Assembly (NCBI GenBank): GCA_036280295.1
Contig: DASURA010000369.1
Span: 1,341-65,340 of the forward strand
Length of the DNA stretch: 64,000 nucleotides
Direction: 5' to 3'
DNA from: Hyphomicrobiaceae bacterium
Lineage (GTDB): Bacteria; Pseudomonadota; Alphaproteobacteria; Rhizobiales; Hyphomicrobiaceae
The notes under the pieces are model-generated. The model was not told the DNA's origin. It saw only the letters and a list, made by a program, of their open reading frames with translations, and made no database searches. Each line of letters starts with the position of its first letter. Position 1 is the first letter of the stretch. The position numbers were made by a program, and so were the translations under genes. Of this stretch, positions 27,787-37,139 are shown piece after piece.

Positions 27787-28389
27787 TCACCGGCGCCGGC
27801 CCTGGCGCGGGTGCCTGGGCACTTTCCCGGGGCGGGGCGGGCGCTCTGCCGGCGGCACGGCAGGGAGGGCCGCCGTGGAGAGAGGCTCGTCAGGCAGAGG
27901 CTCGCCATCCGCCACCGTGGCCTGCATGCGATCGATCAGCGCCGTGAACAGGTCGATCTCCACCTTGGTCAGGTCGGCCACCAGGTCGCTCTGCCGGTCG
28001 AGCGCGACGGGCACCATCTCATCGTGCAAGGCACGCCCCTTGGCGGTCAGGGTGATGTTGTTGCGCCGATTGTCGATGCCGTCCTCCTCCACGCTGACCA
28101 GGCCCATGCGCTGGAGGGTGTTGAGGCTGCGGCTCACCGCGCCCTTGTCGAGGTCGGTTTCGCTGCAGATGCGATTGGCGCGCGTCTCCACCGCGTGGCC
28201 GATGAACATCACCAGCCGCCAGTCGACGACACCGATGCCATAGCGCTTGCGATAATAGCGGGAGGCGGAGCGCGAGAGCCGATTGGCGAACACCGCCACC
28301 TTGGTCGCGATATGGCTGTTGAGGTCAAGAACAGGACCGCAGGACGCGGTGTCGCCTCCTGCGCGACGCTTTTTTCGAGGCCGCGGCAT
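27787..28389 (-). CDS. MarR-family transcriptional regulator
   Basis: About 200 aa from ATG 28389. Winged-helix core ...ICSETDLDKGAVSRSLNTLQRMGLVSVEED..DNRRNNITLTAKG. Has a basic N-terminus and a Pro/Arg-rich tail. Confidence 0.85.
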   Translation of the reverse strand: MPRPRKKRRAGGDTASCGPVLDLNSHIATKVAVFANRLSRSASRYYRKRYGIGVVDWRLVMFIGHAVETRANRICSETDLDKGAVSRSLNTLQRMGLVSVEEDGIDNRRNNITLTAKGRALHDEMVPVALDRQSDLVADLTKVEIDLFTALIDRMQATVADGEPLPDEPLSTAALPAVPPAERPPRPGKVPRHPRQGRRR

Positions 28390-28718
28390 TGCGAGGCTGC
28401 TCCCCTCAGGGACCGATATCAAATTGCGCATAGCGGATTTTGGGCACATCGAGCAAGCCCCAATGCGGTCGCGCAATACCACATATTTCGCCAAATGAGC
28501 TCGATGGCCGATGCGGCCTCAAACATGCTGGATCTTTGCTGGTGTCCTGATCGCGAAATTCGTGCTCATCGTGCCGCAAGGTTGGAACGAATTTCGCAAT
28601 CTGAAGGACACGAGCCAACTTTATGATGGCTAGTGCGATTCAGACCAAGAAGTCCGCTTCGCCACCCAGCCAAACCGATGAAGTGGGCTTCTCGATCATC
28701 GCACTAGCGCCATCCGAC

Positions 28719-31700
28719 CTACTCCGCCGCCGCGCGATCGGGCGCCTCCTGCTCCACGCGCCGCGCCGCCCCGCCGCCCATCCAGCTCGCCAGCCGGTCC
28801 AGGTAGACGTAGATCACCGGCGTCGTGAACAGGGTGAGTGCCTGGCTCACCAGCAGTCCGCCCACCATGGCGTAGCCGAGCGGCTGGCGGATCTCGGCGC
28901 CGGTGCCGTGGCCCAGCATCAGCGGCACGCCGCCCAGCAGCGCCGCCGCGGTCGTCATCATGATCGGCCGGAAGCGGAGCAGCGCCGCCTTGCGCACCGC
29001 ATCCACAGCGGAGAGATGCTCCTCGCGCTCGGCGGCGATGGCGAAATCGACCATCATGATGCCGTTCTTCTTCACGATGCCGATCAGCAGGATGACGCCG
29101 ATCATCGCCACCAGGCTGAAGTCGAAGCCGAACAGCATCAGCGTGGCGATCGCCCCGGCGCCGGCGGACGGCAGTGTCGAGAGGATCGTGAGCGGGTGGA
29201 TGTAGCTCTCGTAGAGAATGCCCAGGATCAGGTAGACCACGAGCAGCGCCGCCAGGATCAGCAGCGGCACCGTGCGCAATGATTCCTGGAATGCCTGCGC
29301 GTTGCCCTGGAAGGTGCCGATCAGCGAAGCCGGTGCCTGCATCTCGCGCTCGGCCCTCCGGATCGCGTCCGTAGCGGTGCCGAGGGCCACGCCCTGCGCC
29401 AGGTTGAAGCTGATGGTGATGGCGGGAAACTGGCCCTGGTGGCTGATCGACAGCGGCACGGTCTCGCGGGTCGTCCACTTGGCAAAGGCGCCGAGCGGTA
29501 CCTGCTGCCCGGTAGTGGGCGAGGTGATGTAGATTTTGTCGAGGCTGGCCACGTCGCCCTGCAGCTCGGGCAGGATCTCCATCACCACGTGGTAGCTGTT
29601 CTGCTGCGTGAAGTACTGCGCAACCTGGCGCTGGCCGAAGGCATCGTAAAGCGTGTCGTCGATCAGCTGCGGCGTCAGCCCATAACGGGCCGCCTGGTCG
29701 CGATCGATATCGAGCGTCAGGGAGGTGCCGGAGATCTGCTGGTCGGAGGCCACGTCGCGCAGCTCCGGCAGTGCCTTCAGCGTCTCCAGGATCTTGGGCG
29801 CCCACTTGTTGAGCTCGTCGAGATTGGCGTCCTGCAAGGTGTACTGGAACTGCGTGCGCGCCAGCCGTGCGCCCACGTTCACATCCTGCGACACCTGCAG
29901 GAACAGGCGCGCGCCCTCCACCTTCTCCAGCTGCGGTCTGAGGCGCGCAATGACCTGGAACGCGGAGACGTCGCGCTCTTCGCGCGGCTTCAGTGTAATG
30001 TAGAAGCGGCCGGTGTTCAGCGTCGACGTCGATCCGCCGACGCCGACAGACATGGCGTAGGCAGCGATGGCAGGGTCCTTGCCGATGATGGCGCCCAGCG
30101 CCTCCTGGCGGCGCATCATCTCGGCGAACGAGACATCCTGCCCGGCCTCCGAGATGCCGGTAATAAGGCCGGTGTCCTGCTGCGGGAAGAAGCCCTTGGG
30201 GATGATGACGAACAGCCAGACGGTGACGGCGAGCGTCGCCAGGAACAGGCACAATGTCATGAAGCGGTGCCGGAGGAAGAAGCCGAGCCAGCGGGCATAG
30301 CCGGCGAGCAGCCGGTCGAAGCCGCGCTCAGTCCAGCGGTAGAACCCACCGTGCCGCACCTGGCCGGCGGGACGCAGGAACCGCGACGCCATCATCGGTG
30401 TCAGCGTGAGCGATACGAACGCCGAGACGGCAATGCACAGTGCCACCGTCACGGCGAACTCGCGGAACAGCCGGCCGATGATGCCGCCCATCAGCAGCAG
30501 AGGGATGAACGCCGCCACCAGCGAGATCGAGATCGACAGCACCGTGAAGGCGATCTCGCCGGCGCCCCGGTAGGCCGCCTGCAGGGGGCGCATGCCAGCC
30601 TCGACGTGGCGCACGATGTTCTCGAGCACGACGATGGCATCATCGACGACGAAGCCCACCGAGATGGTCAGCGCCATCAGCGAGATGTTATCGAGGCTGT
30701 AGCCCAGCTGGTACATGAGCGCGCAGGCGCCGAGCAGCGACAAAGGCACCGTGACGCTCGGAATGACGGTGGCCCAGAACGAGCGCAGGAACACGAAGAT
30801 CACCGCCACCACCAGCGCAACCGTCAACAGCAGGGTGAGCTGCACATCCCAGATGGAAGCGCGGATGGTCTGGGTGCGGTCGCTCATCACCTCGACTCTG
30901 ACGGAGGGCGGCATGGACGCCCTGAGGCGCGGCAGCTCGGCCTTGATGCGATCAACCGTGGTGATGACGTTGGCGCCCGGCTGCTTGTACACCACCAGGA
31001 ATACGCCGCGCTTGCCCGAGGCCCAGGCTGCCTTCTTGGCATCCTCGGGGCCCGCCACGGCGCGGCCGATGTCGCGCACGCGCAAGGGCGCCCCGTTGCG
31101 GTAGGCGACGATGACATCGTTCCACGCATCGGCGGCGGTGAGCTGGTCGTTGGCGTAGATGGTGAAGCTGCGCGTCGCGCCGTCGATGCTGCCCTTGGGA
31201 GAGTTGACGGTGGTGATCGCAAGCTTCGCCCGCACGTCCTCCAGCGACAGGTTCTTGGCCACCAGCCGCGCCGGGTCGATTTGCACGCGAATGGCGGGCT
31301 TCTGCTCGCCGCCGATGTTGACCTGCCCGACGCCGGAGAGCTGGCTGATCTGCTGGGCAAGCTTGATATCGGCGTTGTCGTTGAGCTCCGTCAGGGGCAG
31401 TGTGTCGGAGGTTACGGACAGGATCAGGATCGGCGCATCTGCCGGGTTCACCTTGCGGTAGATGGGCGGCGACGGCAAGTCGCTCGGCAGCTGGCCGGCG
31501 GCGGCGTTGATGGCCGCCTGCACGTCGTTGGCGGCAGCATCGATGTCGCGGTCGAGCTCGAATTGCACGGAGATGCTGGTGGCGCCCTGGCCGCTGTTGG
31601 AGGTCATCTGCGCCACGCCCGGGACCTGCGCCAGCTGCCGCTCCAGCGGCTGCGCCACCGACGAGGCCATCGTCTCAGCGCTGGCGCCGGGGAAACGCGC

Positions 31701-31844
31701 CGACACCTGGATGGTCGGGAAATCCACGCTCGGGAGTGCCGCAACCGGCAGGTTGAAGTAAGCGGCGATGCCGACCAGCAGGATCCCCACCATCGCCAGC
31801 GAGGTGCCCACGGGATAGCGGATGAACGGCGCCGAGAGGTTCAC
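28719..31844 (-). CDS. RND multidrug efflux transporter, inner-membrane permease (AcrB/MdtB/MdtC-like)
   Basis: 1041 aa. N-terminus MNLSAPFIRYPVGTSLAMVGILL, 12-TM/large-loop organisation. 4-nt overlap with the adaptor gene. Confidence 0.93.
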   Translation of the reverse strand: MNLSAPFIRYPVGTSLAMVGILLVGIAAYFNLPVAALPSVDFPTIQVSARFPGASAETMASSVAQPLERQLAQVPGVAQMTSNSGQGATSISVQFELDRDIDAAANDVQAAINAAAGQLPSDLPSPPIYRKVNPADAPILILSVTSDTLPLTELNDNADIKLAQQISQLSGVGQVNIGGEQKPAIRVQIDPARLVAKNLSLEDVRAKLAITTVNSPKGSIDGATRSFTIYANDQLTAADAWNDVIVAYRNGAPLRVRDIGRAVAGPEDAKKAAWASGKRGVFLVVYKQPGANVITTVDRIKAELPRLRASMPPSVRVEVMSDRTQTIRASIWDVQLTLLLTVALVVAVIFVFLRSFWATVIPSVTVPLSLLGACALMYQLGYSLDNISLMALTISVGFVVDDAIVVLENIVRHVEAGMRPLQAAYRGAGEIAFTVLSISISLVAAFIPLLLMGGIIGRLFREFAVTVALCIAVSAFVSLTLTPMMASRFLRPAGQVRHGGFYRWTERGFDRLLAGYARWLGFFLRHRFMTLCLFLATLAVTVWLFVIIPKGFFPQQDTGLITGISEAGQDVSFAEMMRRQEALGAIIGKDPAIAAYAMSVGVGGSTSTLNTGRFYITLKPREERDVSAFQVIARLRPQLEKVEGARLFLQVSQDVNVGARLARTQFQYTLQDANLDELNKWAPKILETLKALPELRDVASDQQISGTSLTLDIDRDQAARYGLTPQLIDDTLYDAFGQRQVAQYFTQQNSYHVVMEILPELQGDVASLDKIYITSPTTGQQVPLGAFAKWTTRETVPLSISHQGQFPAITISFNLAQGVALGTATDAIRRAEREMQAPASLIGTFQGNAQAFQESLRTVPLLILAALLVVYLILGILYESYIHPLTILSTLPSAGAGAIATLMLFGFDFSLVAMIGVILLIGIVKKNGIMMVDFAIAAEREEHLSAVDAVRKAALLRFRPIMMTTAAALLGGVPLMLGHGTGAEIRQPLGYAMVGGLLVSQALTLFTTPVIYVYLDRLASWMGGGAARRVEQEAPDRAAAE

Positions 31845-33208
31845 GGCCGGGCCTCCCTCCGCGCCGGCGACTTGCGGGCAGGCTTGGCTGAAGCGGGCCG
31901 GCGCGGCTTGGGCGGGCTGCGCGCTTTCGCCGGTTCTGCCTCCTCCGCCACGGCGGCAGGTGATGCCAACGATACCGGCCGGGCGGCGCCGCCGACGATT
32001 GCGACCGGCGCGCCGGGCTGCACCCGGTAATGGCCGGCGGTGATGACCCGATCGCCCGGCGCCAGGCCCTTCTCGACGAGTGCCATGCCCTCGGCGATGC
32101 GCTCCACCTGGAGATCACGCAACTCGGCGTGCCGTTTGTCGGTCACGACGTAGGCAAACAGGCCATCGGGTCCGCGCTGCACGGCGCTGTCCGGCACAAC
32201 CACCGCATTCCGGACGGTGCTCACCAGGAGCCGTGTGGTCACCGAGAGGCCGGGCCAGAGCGCATTGTCGTCATTGGGAAAGCTCGCCTTCAGCTTGATC
32301 GTGCCGCTGGCGGTGTCCACCTGGTTGTCGACCAGCCGCAGCGTGCCGTCGCCGAGGCGTTTCTGGCCGTCGGAGGCGAATGCCGTCACCTGCAGCGGAC
32401 CCGACTTGAGCGCCTCGTTGATGGCGGGAAGCTGCTGCTCCGGCGCCGTGAACACCACCGAGATCGGCTGCAGCTGGGTGATGGTGAGGATGCCGGTCTG
32501 GTCGCTGGCATGCACGATGTTGCCAGGGTCGACGAGACGGAACCCGGCGCGCCCTGCCAGGGGCGCCTTGATGGTGGTGTAGTCGAGCTGCACCTTGGCG
32601 CTCTCGATCGCTGCCTGGTCGGCCTGCACCAGCGCCGTAAGACTGGCGACGGCAGCCGTGCGCTGGTCGAGCAGTTGCCTGGTGGACACGCCCTGCTTGG
32701 CGAGCGGGATCGTGCGCTCCAGGTCCTGCCTGGCATTGGCGAGGCTGGCCTGATCCTGAGCCAGCTTGGCCACAGCCTGTTCCAGAGCGGCCTTGAACGG
32801 GGCCGGATCGACCTGCACCAGGAGGTCGCCCTCCTTGAGCATCTGTCCCTCCTCGAAGGCGACCTTCACGATCTGCCCGTCGACGCGGGAGCGCACGGTC
32901 ACCATGTTGGTGGCCTGGACGGTGCCCAGCCCGGTCAGGACGATGGGAAAATCCTTGCGGCTCACGGTTTCCACGCGCACCGGGGCCGGCGCTGGCTTGG
33001 CGGGCGAAGGCGATGCTGGCTGTTCGAGCCTGGCGGAGAGCGCCGCCCAGCCCCGTTGCGCCTCGCCGGCCAACTGGCGCAACTCCGGCTGGCGGTTTTC
33101 CCAGAGCCAGTAGCTGCCCGCGAGCAGGCCTGCGACCAGCAGAATCCGGCGCAAGCGGCGGAGGAGCGTCCTGAAGGTTGAGGGTGGAGTCTCTGTGCGC
33201 GGCGCCAT
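31841..33208 (-). CDS. RND efflux periplasmic adaptor (MdtA/MuxA-like membrane fusion protein)
   Basis: ATG 33208 (the ORF extends to 33271). TM anchor ILLVAGLLAGSYWLW, coiled-coil hairpin, and lipoyl/beta-barrel segments (TVRSRVDGQIVKV, IKAPLAGRAG). Basic Pro-rich C-terminal tail. Confidence 0.9.
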   Translation of the reverse strand: MAPRTETPPSTFRTLLRRLRRILLVAGLLAGSYWLWENRQPELRQLAGEAQRGWAALSARLEQPASPSPAKPAPAPVRVETVSRKDFPIVLTGLGTVQATNMVTVRSRVDGQIVKVAFEEGQMLKEGDLLVQVDPAPFKAALEQAVAKLAQDQASLANARQDLERTIPLAKQGVSTRQLLDQRTAAVASLTALVQADQAAIESAKVQLDYTTIKAPLAGRAGFRLVDPGNIVHASDQTGILTITQLQPISVVFTAPEQQLPAINEALKSGPLQVTAFASDGQKRLGDGTLRLVDNQVDTASGTIKLKASFPNDDNALWPGLSVTTRLLVSTVRNAVVVPDSAVQRGPDGLFAYVVTDKRHAELRDLQVERIAEGMALVEKGLAPGDRVITAGHYRVQPGAPVAIVGGAARPVSLASPAAVAEEAEPAKARSPPKPRRPASAKPARKSPARREARP

Positions 33209-33467
33209 GCGGTCCTGCTTCCCGCGTGCGACACTGCACGCGCGAGGTCCGCCCTCCGCTCTATGCGCCATAACGCCGGTGCTCCTTTCGGCCCGTCGCG
33301 TTCACTGGCGCATACTAAGTCTGTGGCGGACGGGGTTCGGCCGCTCCTGGCGCGGTTGCTAAAGATTCGTCGTTAACGGCAAACGGGGCCAAGCCATGGA
33401 AAAGGATCAGACCCCTCGTCAGAGGGGTCTCACTCCGCCTAAAGCCCCGGTTGAAAGCCCGCCTCGT

Positions 33468-33481
33468 TTGACCGCGGTCAA
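33468..33481. promoter_or_regulatory. FNR/FixK-type box TTGAC-CGCG-GTCAA upstream of the tandem-USP gene
   Basis: Perfect 14-bp palindrome. Its centre lies 73.5 nt upstream of ATG 33548. Confidence 0.55.
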
Positions 33482-33547
33482 GGCGAGCCAGCTCATGCGC
33501 CAGCTAATGACTTCCAATGCAGCTTGGCTCTGACGCGAGGCGGCGAT

Positions 33548-34390
33548 ATGTCGTACAAGACCATTCTGATCCACTGCAATGACAAGCGCCGCATCGACGC
33601 GCTGCTGGCGCCGGCGGTGCGGCTGGCTGAGACGTTCCAGGCGCATCTGATCGGGTTGTCGGTGGTGCCGCCGATCGCCGTCATGGGCGGCGGCGTGCCG
33701 GGTGCCCCGCCGATGGTGGTCGATGGCCACTGCCAGCTCTATCGCTCGGAGAACCCGGCAATGCGCGCGGCCTTCGATGACGCCGTGCGCGGGCGTGGCT
33801 TCGCCGCGGAATGGATCGATGACGACGCCGGCACCTTCAATGTCACCGACTGCGTTCTGCCTCACGCCCGCACCGCCGATCTTGTCGTCGCCAGCCAGAC
33901 CGATCCGGAATGGCCGGGATCGGACCGGCTGGACATCGCCGACCGCCTCGCCATGGAGAGCGGGCGCCCGGTGCTGATCCTGCCCAACGCCGGGGTGCGC
34001 GAGCAGGTGGGCCAGAAAGTCGTCGTCGCCTGGAACGGCCGCCGCGAGGCCGCGCGGGCCATGTTCGATGCGCTGCCGCTCCTGCAGCGTGCCGACGCCG
34101 TCAAGGTGATCTGGATCAACCCTCAATCATGGCGCGAAGCGGCGCCCACGATGCCCGTCGGCGAGGTCTGCATCGCACTCTCCCGGCACGGGGTGAAATG
34201 CGAGGCCACCGAGGAGGTCCCGCCCAGCGGCGGCGTCGGCGAGACGTTGGTCCGCTACGCCAAGGACTGGGACGCCGACCTCGTCGTCATGGGCTGCTAC
34301 GGCCACACCCGCTTCCGCGAGCTGGTATTTGGCGGCGCCAGCCGCTATCTCCTCGCCCACATGTCCGTCCCGGTGCTGATGTCGCATTAG
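33548..34390 (+). CDS. Universal stress protein, tandem-domain type
   Basis: 280 aa from MSYKTILIHCND. Two USP domains; the second ends with ...DLVVMGCYGHTRFRELVFGGASRYLL. Confidence 0.88.
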   Translation: MSYKTILIHCNDKRRIDALLAPAVRLAETFQAHLIGLSVVPPIAVMGGGVPGAPPMVVDGHCQLYRSENPAMRAAFDDAVRGRGFAAEWIDDDAGTFNVTDCVLPHARTADLVVASQTDPEWPGSDRLDIADRLAMESGRPVLILPNAGVREQVGQKVVVAWNGRREAARAMFDALPLLQRADAVKVIWINPQSWREAAPTMPVGEVCIALSRHGVKCEATEEVPPSGGVGETLVRYAKDWDADLVVMGCYGHTRFRELVFGGASRYLLAHMSVPVLMSH

Positions 34391-34531
34391 GCAATCATAT
34401 TCATCCCCGTCGCCGTTATGCTCATGCCGCCGAGATCTTGCCGCTGTTGCCGACTAGACGGCGTCGGGCGCGTCGCATGCGCGTCGCGCCCAATCATGTA
34501 AGCGGGCAAGTCTAGAGACGGGAGCGGGCCG

Positions 34532-35083
34532 ATGCAGACGGTCGAGTGCAAGGATGCTGTCATCGAGAGCACGATGGCAGCAGGTGGAGCGGTGCGCCGG
34601 CGAGCTGCGCCAGGGTTGCATTGGGCGGGCATCCCCTGCGCGCTGGCGGCAATGCTCTGGCAGGCTCCCCTGGTCCACGCCGACACGTTGTTTGACAGTT
34701 TGCGTGGCTCCTGGTCCGGTACCGGTCACATCCGCTACGACAACGGGCAGTCGGAAGGCATTCGCTGTAACGCCTACTACACGGGCGAGGGCGCCAAGCT
34801 GCGCATGGCCATCCGCTGCAACAGCGGCAGCACCAAGGTCGAGATCCGCGGCCAATTGACGGCGCAGGGCAAGCGGCTCACCGGCACGTGGGAGGAGCGA
34901 ACGTTCAACGCCAGCGGCCAGGCCACGGGCAGCGTCAGCGCCGACAAGATGAAGCTTTCCATCAGCGGCGGCGGCTTCAAGGGCTCCATGCAGGTTGCAT
35001 CGGCCGGCAAGAAGCAGACGGTGACAATCTTGACCGAAGGCATCAGGATGAAGAGCGTCACCGTCACGCTTGGCAAAAGCTGA
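34532..35083 (+). CDS. Secreted hypothetical protein
   Basis: 183-aa ORF (alternative start 34574). Signal-like AGIPCALAAMLWQAPLVHA, then a beta-rich mature part with two Cys. I recognise no family. Confidence 0.6.
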   Translation: MQTVECKDAVIESTMAAGGAVRRRAAPGLHWAGIPCALAAMLWQAPLVHADTLFDSLRGSWSGTGHIRYDNGQSEGIRCNAYYTGEGAKLRMAIRCNSGSTKVEIRGQLTAQGKRLTGTWEERTFNASGQATGSVSADKMKLSISGGGFKGSMQVASAGKKQTVTILTEGIRMKSVTVTLGKS

Positions 35084-35199
35084 GGCCGGTGCCCTTGCCC
35101 CGATCGGCGGCGGCGCGAGGCTGCACTTGATTGCGGTCGACACGACGTTTATCCAGACGCCGCGGGCACGGTCGCCGAGTCGGAGGGGGAGCGTCAGGC

Positions 35200-36330
35200 G
35201 TGAAGCCTCTGTTGAATGGCCGCATCGTCGACGGGCACCTGACGCTGACAGCAGAGGGCGCCTGGACGGCGGCGCATGCGCGTGCGCTTGAGGCGCTGAT
35301 CGACGGCGTGCAGTCGGAGGGCGCAACAGCCGGCTCCCTGGCACTCGATATGAGCGGCGTGCAGGCGCTCGATACCTTTGGCGCCTGGTTGGTGGAGCGC
35401 CTGGTGCGGAACTGGCGCAGCCGCAACCAGGACGCGCAGGTGGTCGGTCTCGCCGAGCCCTATCGCGGCCTGCTCGATAATCTTGAGGCCGCCAACAGCT
35501 GGACGCCGCCACCGCCCGTGCGCGAAAATCCTGTGGTCGCTGCTCTCGCAGCGCTCGGCCGCAGCGTGGCCGACAGCGGACGCGGGGCGATTCCGTTCCT
35601 CGACATGCTCGGCGCCTTCGGGGCCGTGCTGGCGCGCACCGTGCAGCGCCCGCGCAGTTTCCGCTTCACCTCGTTCGTGCACCATCTCGACCGCGTCGGC
35701 CTGCAGGCGGTGCCGATCATCCTGCTCATCACCTTCCTGATCGGCGGCATCATCGCCCAGCAGGGCATCTTCCACTTCCGCAAGTTCGGCGCCGATGTCT
35801 ACGTAGTCGACATGGTCGGCATCCTGGTGCTGCGCGAGATCGGCGTACTGATCGTCGCCATCATGGTGGCCGGCCGCTCGGGCAGCTCCTACACCGCCGA
35901 GCTCGGCTCCATGAAGATGCGCGAGGAGGTGGATGCCCTGCGCACCATGGGCCTCGACCCGGTGGAGGTGCTGATCCTGCCGCGCATCCTCGCGCTGATG
36001 GTGGCGCTGCCGCTGCTCACCTTTTTGGGCTCGATGGCGGCGCTCTACGGCGGCGGCCTGGTCGCCTGGCTCTACGGCGGCATGAGCCCAGACATCTTCA
36101 TCACCCGCCTCAAGGAGGCGATCTCGCTCACCCACTTCAAGGTCGGCATGATCAAGGCGCCGTTCATGGCGCTGGCGATCGGGGTCGTCGCCTGCTCGGA
36201 GGGGCTGCGCGTGAAGGGCAGCGCCGAGTCGCTCGGCACGCAGACCACGACGTCGGTGGTGAAGTCGATCTTCCTGGTGATCGTGCTCGACGGCGTGTTC
36301 GCCATCTTCTTCGCCTCCATCAACATGTGA
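35200..36330 (+). CDS. mlaE: MlaE-family ABC transporter permease with N-terminal STAS domain
   Basis: GTG 35200 lies behind GGAGGGGGAG. N-terminal STAS-like region (LTLTAEGAWTAAHARALEALI...LDMSGVQALDTFGAW), then an MlaE core (REIGVLIVAIMVAGRSGSSYTAELGSMKMREEVDAL). Confidence 0.88.
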   Translation: MKPLLNGRIVDGHLTLTAEGAWTAAHARALEALIDGVQSEGATAGSLALDMSGVQALDTFGAWLVERLVRNWRSRNQDAQVVGLAEPYRGLLDNLEAANSWTPPPPVRENPVVAALAALGRSVADSGRGAIPFLDMLGAFGAVLARTVQRPRSFRFTSFVHHLDRVGLQAVPIILLITFLIGGIIAQQGIFHFRKFGADVYVVDMVGILVLREIGVLIVAIMVAGRSGSSYTAELGSMKMREEVDALRTMGLDPVEVLILPRILALMVALPLLTFLGSMAALYGGGLVAWLYGGMSPDIFITRLKEAISLTHFKVGMIKAPFMALAIGVVACSEGLRVKGSAESLGTQTTTSVVKSIFLVIVLDGVFAIFFASINM

Positions 36331-36334
36331 GCGG

Positions 36335-37123
36335 GTGAAAATCGTGGCTGAAGCCGTCATCCGCGTGCGCGATCTGGTGGTGGGGTTCGGAGCCCACGCC
36401 GTCCTCGACGGGCTGTCGCTTGACGTACGCCGTGGCGAGATCCTGGGTCTCGTCGGCGGCTCCGGCAGCGGCAAGTCGGTGCTGTTGCGCACCATCATCG
36501 GGCTATTGCCGAAGCGGCGCGGCAGCATCGAGGTGCTGGGCACCGATCTCGACAGCGCCGACGATGCCACGCGCCGAGGGGTGGAGCGCCGCTGGGGCGT
36601 GCTGTTCCAGCAGGGCGCGCTGTTCTCGTCGCTGACCGCGATGGAGAACATCGAGCTGCCGATGCGCGAGCACCTCGAGCTTTCCGACCGGCTGCGCCGC
36701 GAGGTGGCAACCGCCAAGCTGGAGATGGTGGGCCTCAAGGCCGCCGACGGCACCAAGATGCCCTCCGAGCTGTCCGGCGGCATGGTGAAGCGCGTGGCGC
36801 TCGCACGCGCGCTGGCGCTCGACCCGGAGATCGTGTTCCTGGACGAGCCAACCTCGGGCCTCGATCCAATCGCGGCCGGCGACTTCGACGCCCTGATCCA
36901 GACGCTGCAGCGGACCTTGGGGCTGACCGTCTTCATGGTCACCCACGACCTGGAGAGTCTGTACACGGCGGCGGACCGCATCGCCGTGCTGGCGGACGGC
37001 AAGGTGGTGGCCGACGGACCGATCGCGGCGATGCTCGCCTCGGAGCATCCCTGGGTCAGGAGCTACTTCCGAGGCAAACGGGCCCGCCTGCTCGCCGAGC
37101 GGCTGGCGCAAGCTGCAAGCTGA
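36335..37123 (+). CDS. mlaF: MlaF-like ABC transporter ATP-binding protein
   Basis: 262 aa, GTG start. Walker A GGSGSGKS, signature LSGGMVKR, Walker B IVFLDEPT. Confidence 0.9.
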   Translation: MKIVAEAVIRVRDLVVGFGAHAVLDGLSLDVRRGEILGLVGGSGSGKSVLLRTIIGLLPKRRGSIEVLGTDLDSADDATRRGVERRWGVLFQQGALFSSLTAMENIELPMREHLELSDRLRREVATAKLEMVGLKAADGTKMPSELSGGMVKRVALARALALDPEIVFLDEPTSGLDPIAAGDFDALIQTLQRTLGLTVFMVTHDLESLYTAADRIAVLADGKVVADGPIAAMLASEHPWVRSYFRGKRARLLAERLAQAAS

Positions 37124-37139
37124 GCTGAGGCGGATACCC

